From Raillietiella orientalis (Eukaryota): a stretch of 64,000 nucleotides of DNA. This document shows positions 27,141 through 38,849 of this stretch, in pieces; the stretch's first letter is position 1, and each line of letters opens with the position of its first letter. The DNA is taken from assembly GCA_036172245.1 (NCBI GenBank), contig JAYWIR010000017.1, forward strand, positions 62,001-126,000, given 5' to 3'. The translations under genes were made by a program, and so were the position numbers. Below the pieces are notes generated by a model that made no database searches, was not told the origin of the DNA, and saw only the letters and a list, made by a program, of their open reading frames with translations.

Positions 27141-27479
27141 AATGAAAAGGCTATAGAAGAAGGAACGATTTATCATTATGGAAAGTGCTACTCCTGATTT
27201 AAAACTTGTTTCTTTCTTTTCCTTTTCAAGGTTCTGATCTGATTTTAAGGATCAGAACATAATGGACATATATTAAAAATCTATCGGTGAGACATGAACT
27301 TCACTTTTTTTTTTTAGAAAAATTACAGAAATCTGTTTAGGAATTCCATCCAGTGCCATTACCATCACAAAAACTGATTCTGCTCCAATAATAGGGCTTG
27401 ATTTATTGATCCAGAATGATATGTTTGGTCAATGAAATTATTAATCTGGAAAGAATTGTGCACCACTTGACACTTGTAG

Positions 27480-28760
27480 AGCATACGGAGTACGTATGAT
27501 GAAACGGAGATTTTGGGAAGATGAAAATCATGGAGCAGGATATGTAGCTTTCTCGAAGAACAAAGCGAGAGGAAGGAAAAGAAAATCTCTATTTCTGCAT
27601 TTGAGCTGTTAAAGCTGTGATTTGCTTGATCTCCTGATTGTTCTCTGACGATCTAGTCATCAGTTCTGTAGATTTCGAGATCAGCGAGTTGCACATCATG
27701 TGGGAAAACGAAGATACGAGAAGTGATCAGAAAGAAGAAGATCGAAGAAAAGAACTGCTACTTTAAAATCTTTTTTTGTAGACGTTTCTCGACGATACCA
27801 ACTCGTGAAGACGAATAAGAGTTGACGGAATGAGGATGAAAATGTCTCGTTTCATATTCTGCAATGTGCTGCCGTGGAACCAAATGGTGATGAAGCTATA
27901 AAGGCATCAGAAGAATGTAAGATGGAACTCTTGGAGACGCTCCTTTCTTCTTACGAGCCAAGGCCTATCGAAGACTCGAAATAACAAGTACATGGGGACG
28001 AATAGTGAAAGTGGAACGGGGATGGATTCTTCTGTTTTTCCAAATTTTAATTTTGCCATCTTCACGGCTACAGCCAGGTCAGGTGCAGAAGAGCTGCAGA
28101 TCTGTTTCCCAGTAAGCCATTGAGAAAAGAAATTCCTAATGAACGACTGGCTGGAAGATGGAAGGCTCTCGAAATACAAATGTGCTTGAAACTCGGTCTC
28201 CAGAAGTACGAATGTGTTTCTTGTTAGTTTCCCGAGCTTGGAAAACCAAATCACCCATCTGAATGATGCAGCTAATTGTAAGAAACCCATCGATTAGAAT
28301 AAACTGTAAGGATTGTAAGGATGACAGAGACATGTTTTCCGTGCTGTGGAGCCTAGACCCAGAAACCATACTAAGAATCACAAATAAAAAGCTGTCCATA
28401 GTAAGAATAACAATAGTACGAATAACAGACAGTCAATTTTCAAGATATCATGAACACCAAAGAAATCTTGTAGGAAAGACACAAAATGTGTCGTAAAGAT
28501 TTAGATTCTCTGCAAGAAGTCCTTCAAAAGGATTTTTGGAGGGAATGACTTCTTTAGATGAAAGAAACAAGAAGAAAAAAAAAGCGAGAATTATCTACCT
28601 GCTATAAAGTGAAAACAAGCTTAACCAAAACAAGGAGAAATTCTTCCTCCAAAAGGAGCGTATGCTGTGGGAACTGTGTGTACTCCTACACTTGTTTCTA
28701 AAGGAATCTGAGGGCTGAATCCAGAAAGCACGTCTACAGATTGAGCTTCATGAAATTTTT
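27480..28760 (+). pseudogene. PB2-like EVE (N-terminal to middle)
   Basis: ERKEKKISIS, KIFFCRRFSTIPT (cf. ISFFCFAKETPT ~6410), IVRNPSIRINCKDCKDDRDMFSVL (cf. VVQQP..EIKCHHKDDSFWQLL ~8250). Confidence 0.5.
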
Positions 28761-28899
28761 ATTCTTGTGATACTCAGCACGATGCAAAAGTCATTTTATG
28801 ACGTGACAGGAAAAAGAGGGAGAATTAATTGCTCCTGGAAAATCCGATTGTATAATTGAATTACATTTCACTGGTTGATCTTTTCCCCGTTTCATCTAC

Positions 28900-29300
28900 C
28901 ATGCAAACGGAGACGAAAGTTTGATGAGGCTCGCTTAATCTGATCCTGTCGGTGTCAATTCCTGGACAGGATTCAGGGGGAAAAACAGTTCTTTCTACCG
29001 CTGTTGAAAGATGCTGATCGTTTTCGTTCTAAGATTTTTCTCTTTGAGGCGGACTTTTCCTCTGCTTTTCTCCTGCAGACTTCAGGGAATGCAACTTGTC
29101 CGACAGATTCCGCGCAGAAGTGGCTCGTGGAAATTCTCGAACTCTTCTGCAGAGAGCTTCCACGATCCAGGAATACGAGTTGCAAGTCAGAGTCGATTCA
29201 AGTCACCGGACAATTCGTCTCTTCCATAGTGCCTTGCCCAAGAACTGCAAGCTGATTCCAATCTCTTCCGTTCCTCATTCTTCAGTTGATTTCCTTTTCT
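28900..29300 (-). pseudogene. PB1-like C-terminal EVE fragment
   Basis: KLHSLKS...ENDQHLSTAVERTVFPPE (cf. TTHSWIP...EDEQMYQRCCNLFEKFFPS). Confidence 0.4.
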
Positions 29301-29351
29301 CAAGATTTCCTGTTCAATTTGGAAACCCTGTATGATGCCGCTACACCAGCG

Positions 29352-29639
29352 GTGCAGGCTACAAGGAATAATGTAAAAAAAAAGAAGCACAGATCTTAGC
29401 AGCTGTCGATACCACAGTCCTGAAGATCCCCATAAACACATCATCAGTGGCAGACCAATAACAGCACAGAAGAGTACCTTTGTCAGTCTACTGATTTTTA
29501 AATCCAATAGGTCTACTTTAGATCTTATGGCTGAGTTATTCATTACTGATCTCGTTTCGCTTCCAGTGTATACCACTATCCCAATAGCTACACCAGAAGC
29601 TACAAAAGTACTTGACTACAATGTATTTTCTACCTCAAG
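29352..29639 (-). pseudogene. ATP9: Disabled, intron-free internal fragment of a P4-ATPase flippase (ATP9/Neo1 class)
   Basis: [32 protein letters not shown]...KVDLLDL...LTKVLF...WYRQLLRSVLLFFYIIPCSL. The conserved W is mutated to TAG and no other ATP9 exons were found nearby. Confidence 0.88.
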
Positions 29640-30285
29640 GCTATCCTCATGCTCCTAATCACGCCCTGAAACATCCAGCTAATATCCTCCTGGAGATGAT
29701 GCCACTCTCTGCTAAGGGTTCCTTCTCCCTCATTTTGATAATATGATGGATCAAGAGAGACTGAATCGAGTTGTTCTTTCCTCAGGATTCCAGCTTCTAT
29801 TCCAGCTGTTGTCCTTATTCCGTGTGACACCTTCGGGGCGATGCCTGTGAAGCCCTTCCACTTTCTTGTACAGCCGATCATATTTGGGAGCCTCTGTTCC
29901 TTGTCTTATGGAACATCATTGTTCTTGGTTCGTGCCAAGGTTCTGTCCTTCTTCAAAAATTAATTTGGGAAAGGACACAAAGATGGTGCAAAAAAATAAC
30001 GGGTGATGTGCCTCCATTTCCGTGGTATCCACCATCGAGCCACGCCATCGTTTCACAACACAGAGGATATCGTCTCATTTGATAGAATTCAACAGGAGGG
30101 ATGCCGCAAAAGCATCTCCAGACTCATCCAGCCTCGATGCCAGAAGCAGGAAGGCCACGTTCATCTCGTTCAAGACATGAGCGGGACTGCAATCAGCATC
30201 AGAAGCTTCCAGACTTTGGACTCCTTTCTTTTTCAAAGAACGAGTGATGACATCCGTTTGGTAATCTATACTCGTGAATAATCTT
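29640..30285 (-). mobile_element. Second decayed non-LTR retrotransposon RT remnant
   Basis: FTSIDY..VITRSLKKKGV, SGDAFAASLLLNSI..DDIL (cf. QGDPLSPLLFN..D.IL). Shares DCS, IL....L.SVS and ISWMF blocks with the element at 10950-12450. Confidence 0.6.
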
Positions 30286-30289
30286 ATCC

Positions 30290-30600
30290 GAATTTTTAAT
30301 ATTAATTAATTAATATAAATATATTCTAGTATAAATTTACATAATTATAATATCAATATGTAACATAAAAATATTTATATACATTATTTATTTATTACAT
30401 AATTATATGTTAATTTTGTTCCCGATTTTAACTATGTTATTCATAAAAAATCTTAGAAGTAGAATTAGAATATTCTTTCATTTATATTAAACCCCAAATG
30501 TTTTGTATAACAATTACTTATTATTAATATATAATATATAACCTTTTAATTAAGACTATAAAATTAATTAATTGGGGGAGATGTATTCTTAAAATATTTT
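30290..30600. other. Extremely AT-rich low-complexity island
   Basis: Almost pure A/T with sharp edges, between moderately GC-rich LINE and EVE sequence. Confidence 0.85.
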
Positions 30601-30609
30601 TCACTACGA

Positions 30610-30920
30610 CATGGATGAATTCACTTGGTCAGTCTCCGAATGAATAGGGATGCCTCTGAGGAGATCCTGAGGAACTTGACACAGACCCATCCTTTGGCAC
30701 ATTAGGAAGAGGTTCACGTATGCTTCAGGAACAGATCCGGCAAAGGCATTTCGGTCAGTGAGGAATTTCAACTTGTAGGACGTGATACGTTGCTTCATCA
30801 TAATGCGTCTTCATCTTTCAAAGAGTTTTGTATTTCCTTTTCTGGCATGGCCGATTCGTCAACCGTTGCTTTCTATGGTATGACGCATCTGGTGCTTCCG
30901 TTTGGAGCACTTTGGCGAAA
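30610..30920 (-). pseudogene. PB1-like C-terminal-half EVE fragment
   Basis: ESAMPEKEIQ then SYKLKFLTDRNAFAG (cf. NLHIPEVCLK...YQGRLCNPLNPFVS). Confidence 0.4.
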
Positions 30921-30922
30921 AA

Positions 30923-31200
30923 AAACTCTTTAGGAATTTTCAGTACAGAAGCTCTTCCATTTTTGAAAGATTTCCAGTTCGGTCTCCAAGGAGACCGCTC
31001 AGGAACTCAGCATGCTCCCATGAGGGAGCATGCTGAGTCTGGCTATCAATGCTCTGTCGACTGCTTCTTCTCCGTTTGGACTTTGATAGCCAACTCAGCA
31101 TGCCCCCTCATGGAGATTTCCTGAGCAGTCTCCTTGGAGACTGAACTGGAAATCTTTCAAAAATGGAAGAGCTTCTGTTCTGAAAATTCCTAAAGAGTTT
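30923..31200. repeat. Long near-perfect inverted repeat (foldback) with nested hairpins
   Basis: Arms 30923-31005 and 31118-31200 (83 bp, 3 mismatches by eye). Inner arms ~31018-31049 and 31083-31113. Confidence 0.95.
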
Positions 31201-31269
31201 GCTCAATGTTCCGTGCTCAATGTTCTGTCGACTGCTTTTTCTTCGTTAGGAATTTGAGCATGGATTCTG

Positions 31270-32660
31270 CTTCTCGTTATTCATTCTCAGTAAGAAAGCA
31301 GCGCTCCGATATCTCGAGATGTCCATGACGGTTGCTACAGAAATAGGAGCTTATTTTCCGTCTTGGGAAGATAGAAAGAACGATTCGCTCTCCTGACGAA
31401 TGCTGCCACTCTTTGGATTTCCCGAGGATTCCTTGACAAGCGACGATGTGAGGATCTTCCTGCTTTCGTCACAGAGATGAGGTCCATTCAAGGCGGAATC
31501 AATGTCTTCCAACAAGCAGTAATGAATAAAAGAGAAGTCCTTCTTCACATCGTAACTTCCCTTAAACGGTCTTAAAGGGAAAAAGCGTCTGGTGACGAAA
31601 GCAGCCATATGTAAGAGAATATAATTGAAATCTTTGCTTACAGCAGTAAGTCAACCGCTGACCTTTGTTTGCACGTATTCAAAAGCGAATTCTGAGAGAA
31701 AATGCTGTGGATAATGGATGTCAATCTATGATTTGAAAACTCAGTTCCCTTCTGATTAGGAATAATTCGTGATAATCTGAGCAATGAGGATTTTTTCTGT
31801 TTGTTTGTTAGTACAGGAAAGGGAAGAAAATGTTCCAAAGTGCTTTTAGCGTTTAAAAATGCGAAACAGGATGCAGTTACTAAAGTTATCAGAAGAAACT
31901 GTCCCAATTATCTTTCGTATTCGTGAATTAAGGAAATCTGTGATAGCAGCTATGCAGCTTAGTGCCTACGTGTTTGAATGCTATGGGATTTCCTCATTCC
32001 CGTGTTTACGGCCGATATTAGGCAGCTTAGCTGCGATTTCCAAGGGCGAAAGGATTTTTCCGGATGCTTGCGGAAGGATTTTCAGCGGCAGTGTTTCATT
32101 TCTCAGTATTCTCCCTGAGCAAACAGATGAACGGAAAAGACTGAATCGTAGAATATCGGATCACTATAAGACGACGCCTTAGACCTAGCTTAAACGACAA
32201 CTGCTTTTTCTCATGAAATGGGAAGGGAAATTTCAAAAAGCATTCCTGTTTCAAAGAGTCTTCATCGATCCTGTCTGCTAGAGAGGCTGAACAAAGTACA
32301 TCTCCAAAAATTCACTGAGCTCACAGCTAAGATGAGCAGGTCAAAAAAAAAAAGCGCAGAGGATGATTTCCGATATTGGTATGAATGATTTCATCTTGTT
32401 AATGGTATTCCTCGAGTAGCCATAGTTATCCATCATGCTCACGCACTTTGTACTCTAGTGCGAAAAAAAAAAAAAACTTCAGAAGAAAGACATGAATCTC
32501 AGTATGTGAATGACTGAGAAAATACTGTGGATGCACCGGAATCCCAAATCAATCCCTGGCTGTTCCATCACGTCCACGAGTGACGCCATGGATGCTTTGT
32601 GTTCGGCTGTGAATAATTCTCTTTCCGAACAGCACTACATTCTCGAGAAGACCTCAATTA
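31270..32660 (-). pseudogene. PB1-like RdRp core EVE (pre-motif A to beyond motif E)
   Basis: In order: MASLVDVMEQPGIDLG (cf. LARSICEKLEQSGLPVG), FEISLPIS*EKAV (cf. SIAPIMFSNKMA), VNTGM (motif B-like), GTVSSDNF at ~31882-31905 (motif C QSSDDF), TNKQKKS (motif D), KGTEFS (motif E), AAFVTRRFFPLRP, FLSSQDG (cf. LLVSDGG). May be more than one copy. Confidence 0.7.
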
Positions 32661-32899
32661 TTATGAGAATGCTTGTACATGCATATGTACATACAAACAC
32701 GCGCGGAATGCGTCTTTATTCGCTTACTTTCCAAAAATTACATATTTCCAAAAATTACACTCGGAAAGGAATTCTGTAAATTACAAATCTGGGAATCTTG
32801 CAAGGAAATATTCCATGGAATGAGAGTCCAATAGACCCAATTTTCTCTCTCTTCTCACCGTGCTTTCATCTCCATGCTTTGTTTAGGTATTTTTCTTCT

Positions 32900-34430
32900 T
32901 CTTCTTCTCCCAAGCGTTTGGGGTTTCTCCCAGCTCGAGATCCAAAAATTCACCCATGCTGGAGGCAAGATGAAGGTCTTGCCTCCAGCATGCCAAACAA
33001 ACGGTCAAAGGTAAGCGGGCTATACTGTGCGCTGCTGAGGAATACCCAACGTCAGCAACGACAACACATCAAAGGTTGGGTGCCCCTCAAGAGGCAAGCA
33101 AGAAGGCTGATTGTAACAGGAATAGGGTCTCTCTGGCAGAAAGGAAGCGAAGATGCAGAAAGGAAGTGAGGAAAGCGTTTTTCAGACAGGCACACGAGCA
33201 GTAATCACGCGATCATGCGATGGCGATCACGCGATCGCTTGGGGGAATCTTGGATTCGGGGAAGAGAGGTTTAGAACCTTGAGTGGGGGGAACCTCGGAA
33301 ATCCGGGCAGCTCCTGTTATGATTTACTCTTCACTGTGCTTCCAGGCGTGGCGAAGAGTGCAACACAGCGGACTGAAGGACCACGGAGCATTTCAGGCTG
33401 CTCGCAGATGACCGCAGCTCGAATGCTGAGGTTCGCGAGCTTCAAATCGATGCAAAGAGAGCGCTTCCCTTGGATGACCTTGACGGAGCCGAAACTGATC
33501 TGCTGCAGAAGGGAAGCGAGAAACAGACTTCCCGACAGCGCGTCGAATTTCCTTTCGCAGTTTCTTTCTTAACACCCTCTTCTGACCAAAGTCCATTCTG
33601 AAATAAGCGTCGACAACCCCCTCGATTGCCGAGATTCCTCCACCAGCCACCTCCTGCACTCCATGCAATTATGAGGAACCGGCACTCGCTGCGGCACCTG
33701 GCGTCACAGGTTCGAATCCCCCCCGTGAATGGACGCGTCGTGGTTTTCGGGTCCCCCCTATCAGAACGCTGTTGGATAGCAGGCTTCGAGTGCTGCATTG
33801 GGATGCTCCCGGAGACTGGCCGAAACTCCAAGTAGACCCTCTGGGGTCCTTGCAAAAACCGCCGAGGGTGCCTCCTTTAGGGGGCACCCTCGGTGGATAG
33901 GGGCTTTACTCCAGTTCGTGTCGTAGAGTCGAACTTGCCTCAGGGTGGCTTCCTTTCGGAGTGATCCTCCAAAGTGTAGTTTCGAAGGCTTCATGCTTAG
34001 AAGATGGCGCATTTTTTCCAAGGAGTCGCACACAGCCGCGAATTTTTCCCACAGAGTTTCTCTGTTTTCTGGGAACCGCTGGAAGCAATTTCTTTCTCCC
34101 GGAAACTGAGACACGAAATTGTTGTCTCCTGCTTTGCTTCTTCTCTTCCTAATCTTTTTTGGAACTGCTGACTGTTCTTCACATTAAGTTGGCAGTTCTT
34201 TCCCATAGTAGCCTGCTTTCTCATCAGGGACCAAAGAAGGCACCAACTCACCTTCCTCGGATCCGCCATCTATAAATTTAAAGATGTCATCCTGTATTCG
34301 AGTTATCTTTTCGCTTTCATTAGAGAACTGCGGATCAAATCTTCCTCAATCGGGAGAGGAAGTATACTATTCGAAACAGCATCCAAAGGAGGTGAGAGCC
34401 TTTGCGGAGAAGATAAAGGCAAATCAGGAT
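32900..34430 (-). pseudogene. PB2-like EVE with internal deletions
   Basis: DPRKVSWCLLWSLMRK (cf. EKNPALRMKWMMAMK), LWEKF..SLEKMRHLLSMKPSKLHFG (cf. [22 protein letters not shown]), VFART...EHPNAALEACYPTAF (cf. IAARN...DPLASLLEMCHSTQI), FLASLLQQIS. Confidence 0.6.
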
Positions 34431-34439
34431 GCAATTCCC

Positions 34440-37180
34440 AAACATCCTTCATCCTGAAACCGAAGATTTCTGATGCTCTCATGCAATGGGATCTTCAATA
34501 ATTCCTTGAAAGTTTCCAAATAAATTATTTTGACACTGAAAGGATTCTAACGTAGCCAAATCTTGGACCTTTTCTTTGTCGGCTGGCTCTTCAATCTCTT
34601 GCACATCCCTCTCAAAAGAACCTTGTAGAGTGATTGCCGATGAAGATTCCTCTCTTTCCATTGCCAATGACATCTGGGGCCTCTACTCATGATAAGAGCG
34701 CCCACCGCTCTACTCGAACATGCCAGATCCGGTAACCCAGGAGACCTCTCCTAGTACAAAAGGCTATCCAATAATCTAGATCTTAGCCGAAAGACGGAGA
34801 TGCTCTTGTTGATCGAAAAAAGCCCTAGTTGGCAAACGCGTGGCTGCGGTCTCCGTGCGTGGCATCAAGCGTTGCTGGTTTGCCGATAGGCTTTGAATAT
34901 GGCACTGTAGAAGCTGGATGCCTCTATTGATTGGCCGGGATTGGAAGTTGACCCTCAAGGGTCCTTCCAGGCATCGAGAGGCGCCAATTACTTTCGAGGT
35001 TCCCCTCCGATTGTGAAAATGAAGCCGTACTATGGACATGTTAATACCTCATCGGGGATAGACATACTCTGGAGAAGCAGAGTGTTAAGAAGCACTCAGT
35101 TCCCTTCGGAGAGCGCCTTTTAGATAAAGGGGAAGCATCCCTTCGGGGTTCTCTTCAGAGGAGTCACAAGGAGCGGATCCTTTCCGGGTTCCCTTCGAAG
35201 AAACGAGGAGCGTCCCCACAAACCGGGGATCCCTCCGGAAAGGAGGAGAGGTTGGAGAAGAGAAGGGTTTGGAGAAGAGGTTCCCTTGTGTGCCTCTTTG
35301 TGCTTTGCATTCGATGATATGCCGTCGCAGTAAGCGCTGTGAAGCTGCACCGAGAAACACCACAGACCAACAGAGATGCAAGGGGAAAGGGAAGTGCGAC
35401 CACGTGGTCAAATTCTACTCTTTCGACTTCTTGCATTGTTGAACTACTGGACACACCAGACACTGTCAGACTTCATCGTCTTCTGGTCATAGAGGCAGAC
35501 AGAGCCTGAAGTCCAAAGACCTGAACAGGACTCGCCAGCAGTGCCGATGTAATATTTGGAAGTTATAGATAGAAACCAGAATCTGATGATTCTTGAACTT
35601 TTATAGTACAAAAAATCAGAGAACCCTCAGTTCTCGCCTCGAGAATCTCCGGCTACTACAACATCCTTCCGGTCTACCATCTCCCTCATGTGATCGTCAC
35701 ACTATCAGCAATGAATGAGACATAATGTGATCATCTTTTCATTAGATTGGCTATCCTCAGTCTCAGCAATACACTTCTCTTTGTTTTCAAGACTGTTTAG
35801 AATTAAAGATTCCACCTCCCGCTACTGCAACTCAGTGGACTGTCGACCAGCATATGTAATCTCCCTTCACTCTGCTGCTTTGCATATGACAGATTTTCTT
35901 TCCTGTTTTCTTGGTTTGTTTGCTTTTTTATTTTCTTCCACTACTTTCAGTTTTTTTTATTTTTTTATAGTTCGATATTTATACATTTACATGTATTTAT
36001 TATCTAAATAAATATACGAATATCAGGAACTGTATATACGTTAACATACATCATAAACATATGTATTTCTTTTTTTTGATCTTTCGAGATATTGACATTC
36101 GGAATTTCGGTCAGCATCAGTGCTCGGATGCTCGGTGCCAGAAGCGCGCATTTCCAGGATTTATGAGAGACCAAAGAGTCGCATTGGTGGAGGGTATCCA
36201 GGAGCAAAAGATGCATTGTGGTGCAGGTTCCCTGATGCCCGCTTCCCCGCTGCAGTGTACTGCAATTTGCCGGTTCGCCTGGCCGGAGCGCCGGCAAACT
36301 TCCTCAAGGTTGACAGCTGCATCGTCTCCAAGTCAGAATCTTGCAAGATACTCTTGGCTGGCAACGGGATGCAAGCGACTCCACGTCCAACACTGTGGTT
36401 ACGAATGCGCCGCATTTTTGCAGGAGGGTGACCGACCCGTGATTGGAACTGATTATGGTTGATTAGGTGGAGGTTGGCAGCTCTTTGCAAGACACCGTCA
36501 ATAACCGCCGCTGGTCTGCCTCTTCTGAGATGAAGATCGAAAAAGAATTTGATTCTTTCTTGTTCTTCAGGCTTCAAAGATTTCCATTCCAAAGTTGAGG
36601 TGGATCCACAGAAAATTAAACTCTGATGCTCCATTGTTCGTGTAGTCACCATCCTACATTTCTTACACTTTCAAGCCTCCTGGATGGTGTTGTCTTCCCC
36701 TTGAGAGAGTTGCTGGACTCCGAGAATTCGGTGCTTCTTTGCGTGATGAGATCTTCTAGCTAGAGAGATGGTTTCATCTGGTCCACTTGCTTTACTGTTG
36801 CATTTAGTTAATGATTGCACAATAAATTCATCCCAAAGCTCGTCAACATCGCTGCCATCCTGCTGCTTGTCGCAGGAAGATTTGATGCTTGATGTGAAGG
36901 GAGGGGGGACATTCCTTGCTGGAGTGTTGAAGATCGTATCGAAAGTTTCTTCACGTGTCTGTTTCTCAATTCTAAAAGGTTATCGATGTCCACTGAAAGA
37001 TCTGTTGAGATTCGAAACGTTCCAGTGGCTTTGCCAAGGAGAGATTTTGTTATTTTTTTTCCCAAGGGAGACTGATTCCCGTTGCAGTTCCTCTGCTTGA
37101 TCTTGACACGAGATGACCGAATTTTGGCAGTCGGTGCAACCCTTAAGATTTTTGGGCAGCTCTGGATTCTTGGTCATTGG
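34440..37180 (-). pseudogene. Near full-length decayed PB2-like EVE (possibly two pieces)
   Basis: KISPWQSHW, DVDELWDEF, WKSLKPEEQERI, SVGRGVACIPLPA (cf. ELVRKTRFLPVAG), LASLLVCG..TATAY, PIGKPATL (cf. VLGKDAGTL), QEHLRL, VIGNGKRGIFIGN (cf. LAKGEKANVLIGQ). An AT-rich interruption lies at ~35900-36080. Confidence 0.65.
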
Positions 37181-37329
37181 TCGGAATAGGCTAAACCGAG
37201 GAAACTTGGAGTGGACAAACCCTCCATCTTATTGTGGAGTTCCTTCAACACATTCTCGTGCCACAGCAGGAAAGAAGACGGAAGCGCAGAGAAAGCGACA
37301 TGACTTTTCGCGAGAGGGAAATTAGGTTC

Positions 37330-37980
37330 TTCTTCAGCCTCTCACCACGCTCCAGAAAGGAGTTTTTACATCTTCAGAGAAGAGTCCATTTCACCATTTC
37401 CTGTTCCTGAGACTGACAATAGCGGCCTCATTCTTAGCATACCAGAAGTCGGAGGCCTGGTTGACGGCTCCTTCTTATCTTCCTGACTCCGGGAGAGTTC
37501 CGTCTTTCTCGTTTTCTTTCTCTTTCCACGGCAGCGCGTAGCGCTTCAGTAGAAAGTCTCCGCTAAGCAAGTGGCCTACCGCGTGTCTCTGCTTCTCCAT
37601 CTTTTACACCTTGCCCAAATGCCAGTTCATGGCAAGGTAGTCCTGTTCAGGCAGCCCACCTCCCCGACGCTCTCGACGGACTGGAGACTGGAAACGCCAG
37701 AGCTTCCTCCGAAGCTCCTTCCTCTTACCCACGTGCAGCAAATCAAGAACGGAAGAAAGAAAACTCCCAGGAGCGGCTGATCTATGCACATCTTCCACGT
37801 GCAGCTGAAAGAAAGGGCATTAAAGTGCACCGAACGAAAGGAACACACCGGGTGAAAGCACAGAGACGTCTGTTGATTGAGGAATTTGGCAAGGATAGAG
37901 ATCCGGACCTGGATCTGTTCACGTGGGGATCAGAGGACATCTGCTGAGCTGCACTCCTAGTGCGAAACAGCCGTAGAATC
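37330..37980 (-). pseudogene. PB2-like C-terminal EVE fragment
   Basis: PREQIQVRISILAKFLNQ (cf. PSLKYRCFSKQLLDR ~51180) and EQDYLAMNWHL (cf. QQEHLRLSAKI ~34800). Confidence 0.5.
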
Positions 37981-38849
37981 ACTTCCAGTTCAATGAAATC
38001 TCTGATTCGAAAAGTTTAGTTGTGTAAGCAGTAACCTGTGCTCAAGGACATGATTACTCTCATTATGAATAGAATAGAGAATCTCGAAGTGGTATAAAAT
38101 CATGTTTGAGCATCAGTTTGCAAATTAGCTTGGTTGCTTCCGTTCTAGTTGAGCACATCCGCAAGGTGTGATCAAAGAACAAACCGTGACAAAGACTGTC
38201 TTTCCGTTCCTTTGAATTCACATGCTTTATTGAATCGAAATTCTCTCTCTCTCTCTCTCTTTCTTCTCCTGCTATTTTTTGGCCAGAGCATCAGCGTATT
38301 TGTCCTTCTCTTTGTAACCAGGTTTCTGGAATTAGCCAATTTATCTAGGATGCATAACTTGCCTATGGGATATACAAGAGTATAACATGAGAATTAGATG
38401 AGAGGAAGAAAGGAACTTTTAATTGACTCAGCTTTTTTCAAAAAAAAAAAGTCAGCTCAAAGGTGCCCAAAGTTGTAAGGAAAAGCATTGCATTTTAAGT
38501 TCTGCTTGTTAACCTTGTTAATTTCTAACTGTAATGCAATGAAAAAAATGTGATTTCAGTTTTTCGGTATTAACAAATTACAGAAAATAACGATCATTTG
38601 TGCCCCAAAATTGCCTTTTGGACATTGCTGTCGAACATACACAGAACATACATATAATTCAGCATATTTCCGGGAGTATAGTCTTTAAGCTATCTTGTAT
38701 TAATGGAAATGGAAAATGCAGCACATTATTTTCGAAAATGGGAAAAATGCACAGAGATTCCATTTTATATTAGCATCAAGCAGTGATTATGCCATCTCGT
38801 GCTCGATGAAAGTTGTATTCTGTAGGAAAAGCAAGTGAAAAAAAAAAAT

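Noticed and set aside
30445..30520. Mitochondrial tRNA-Val-like sequence in the AT-rich island
   Set aside because: No convincing cloverleaf or anticodon arm; the similarity is explained by AT richness.
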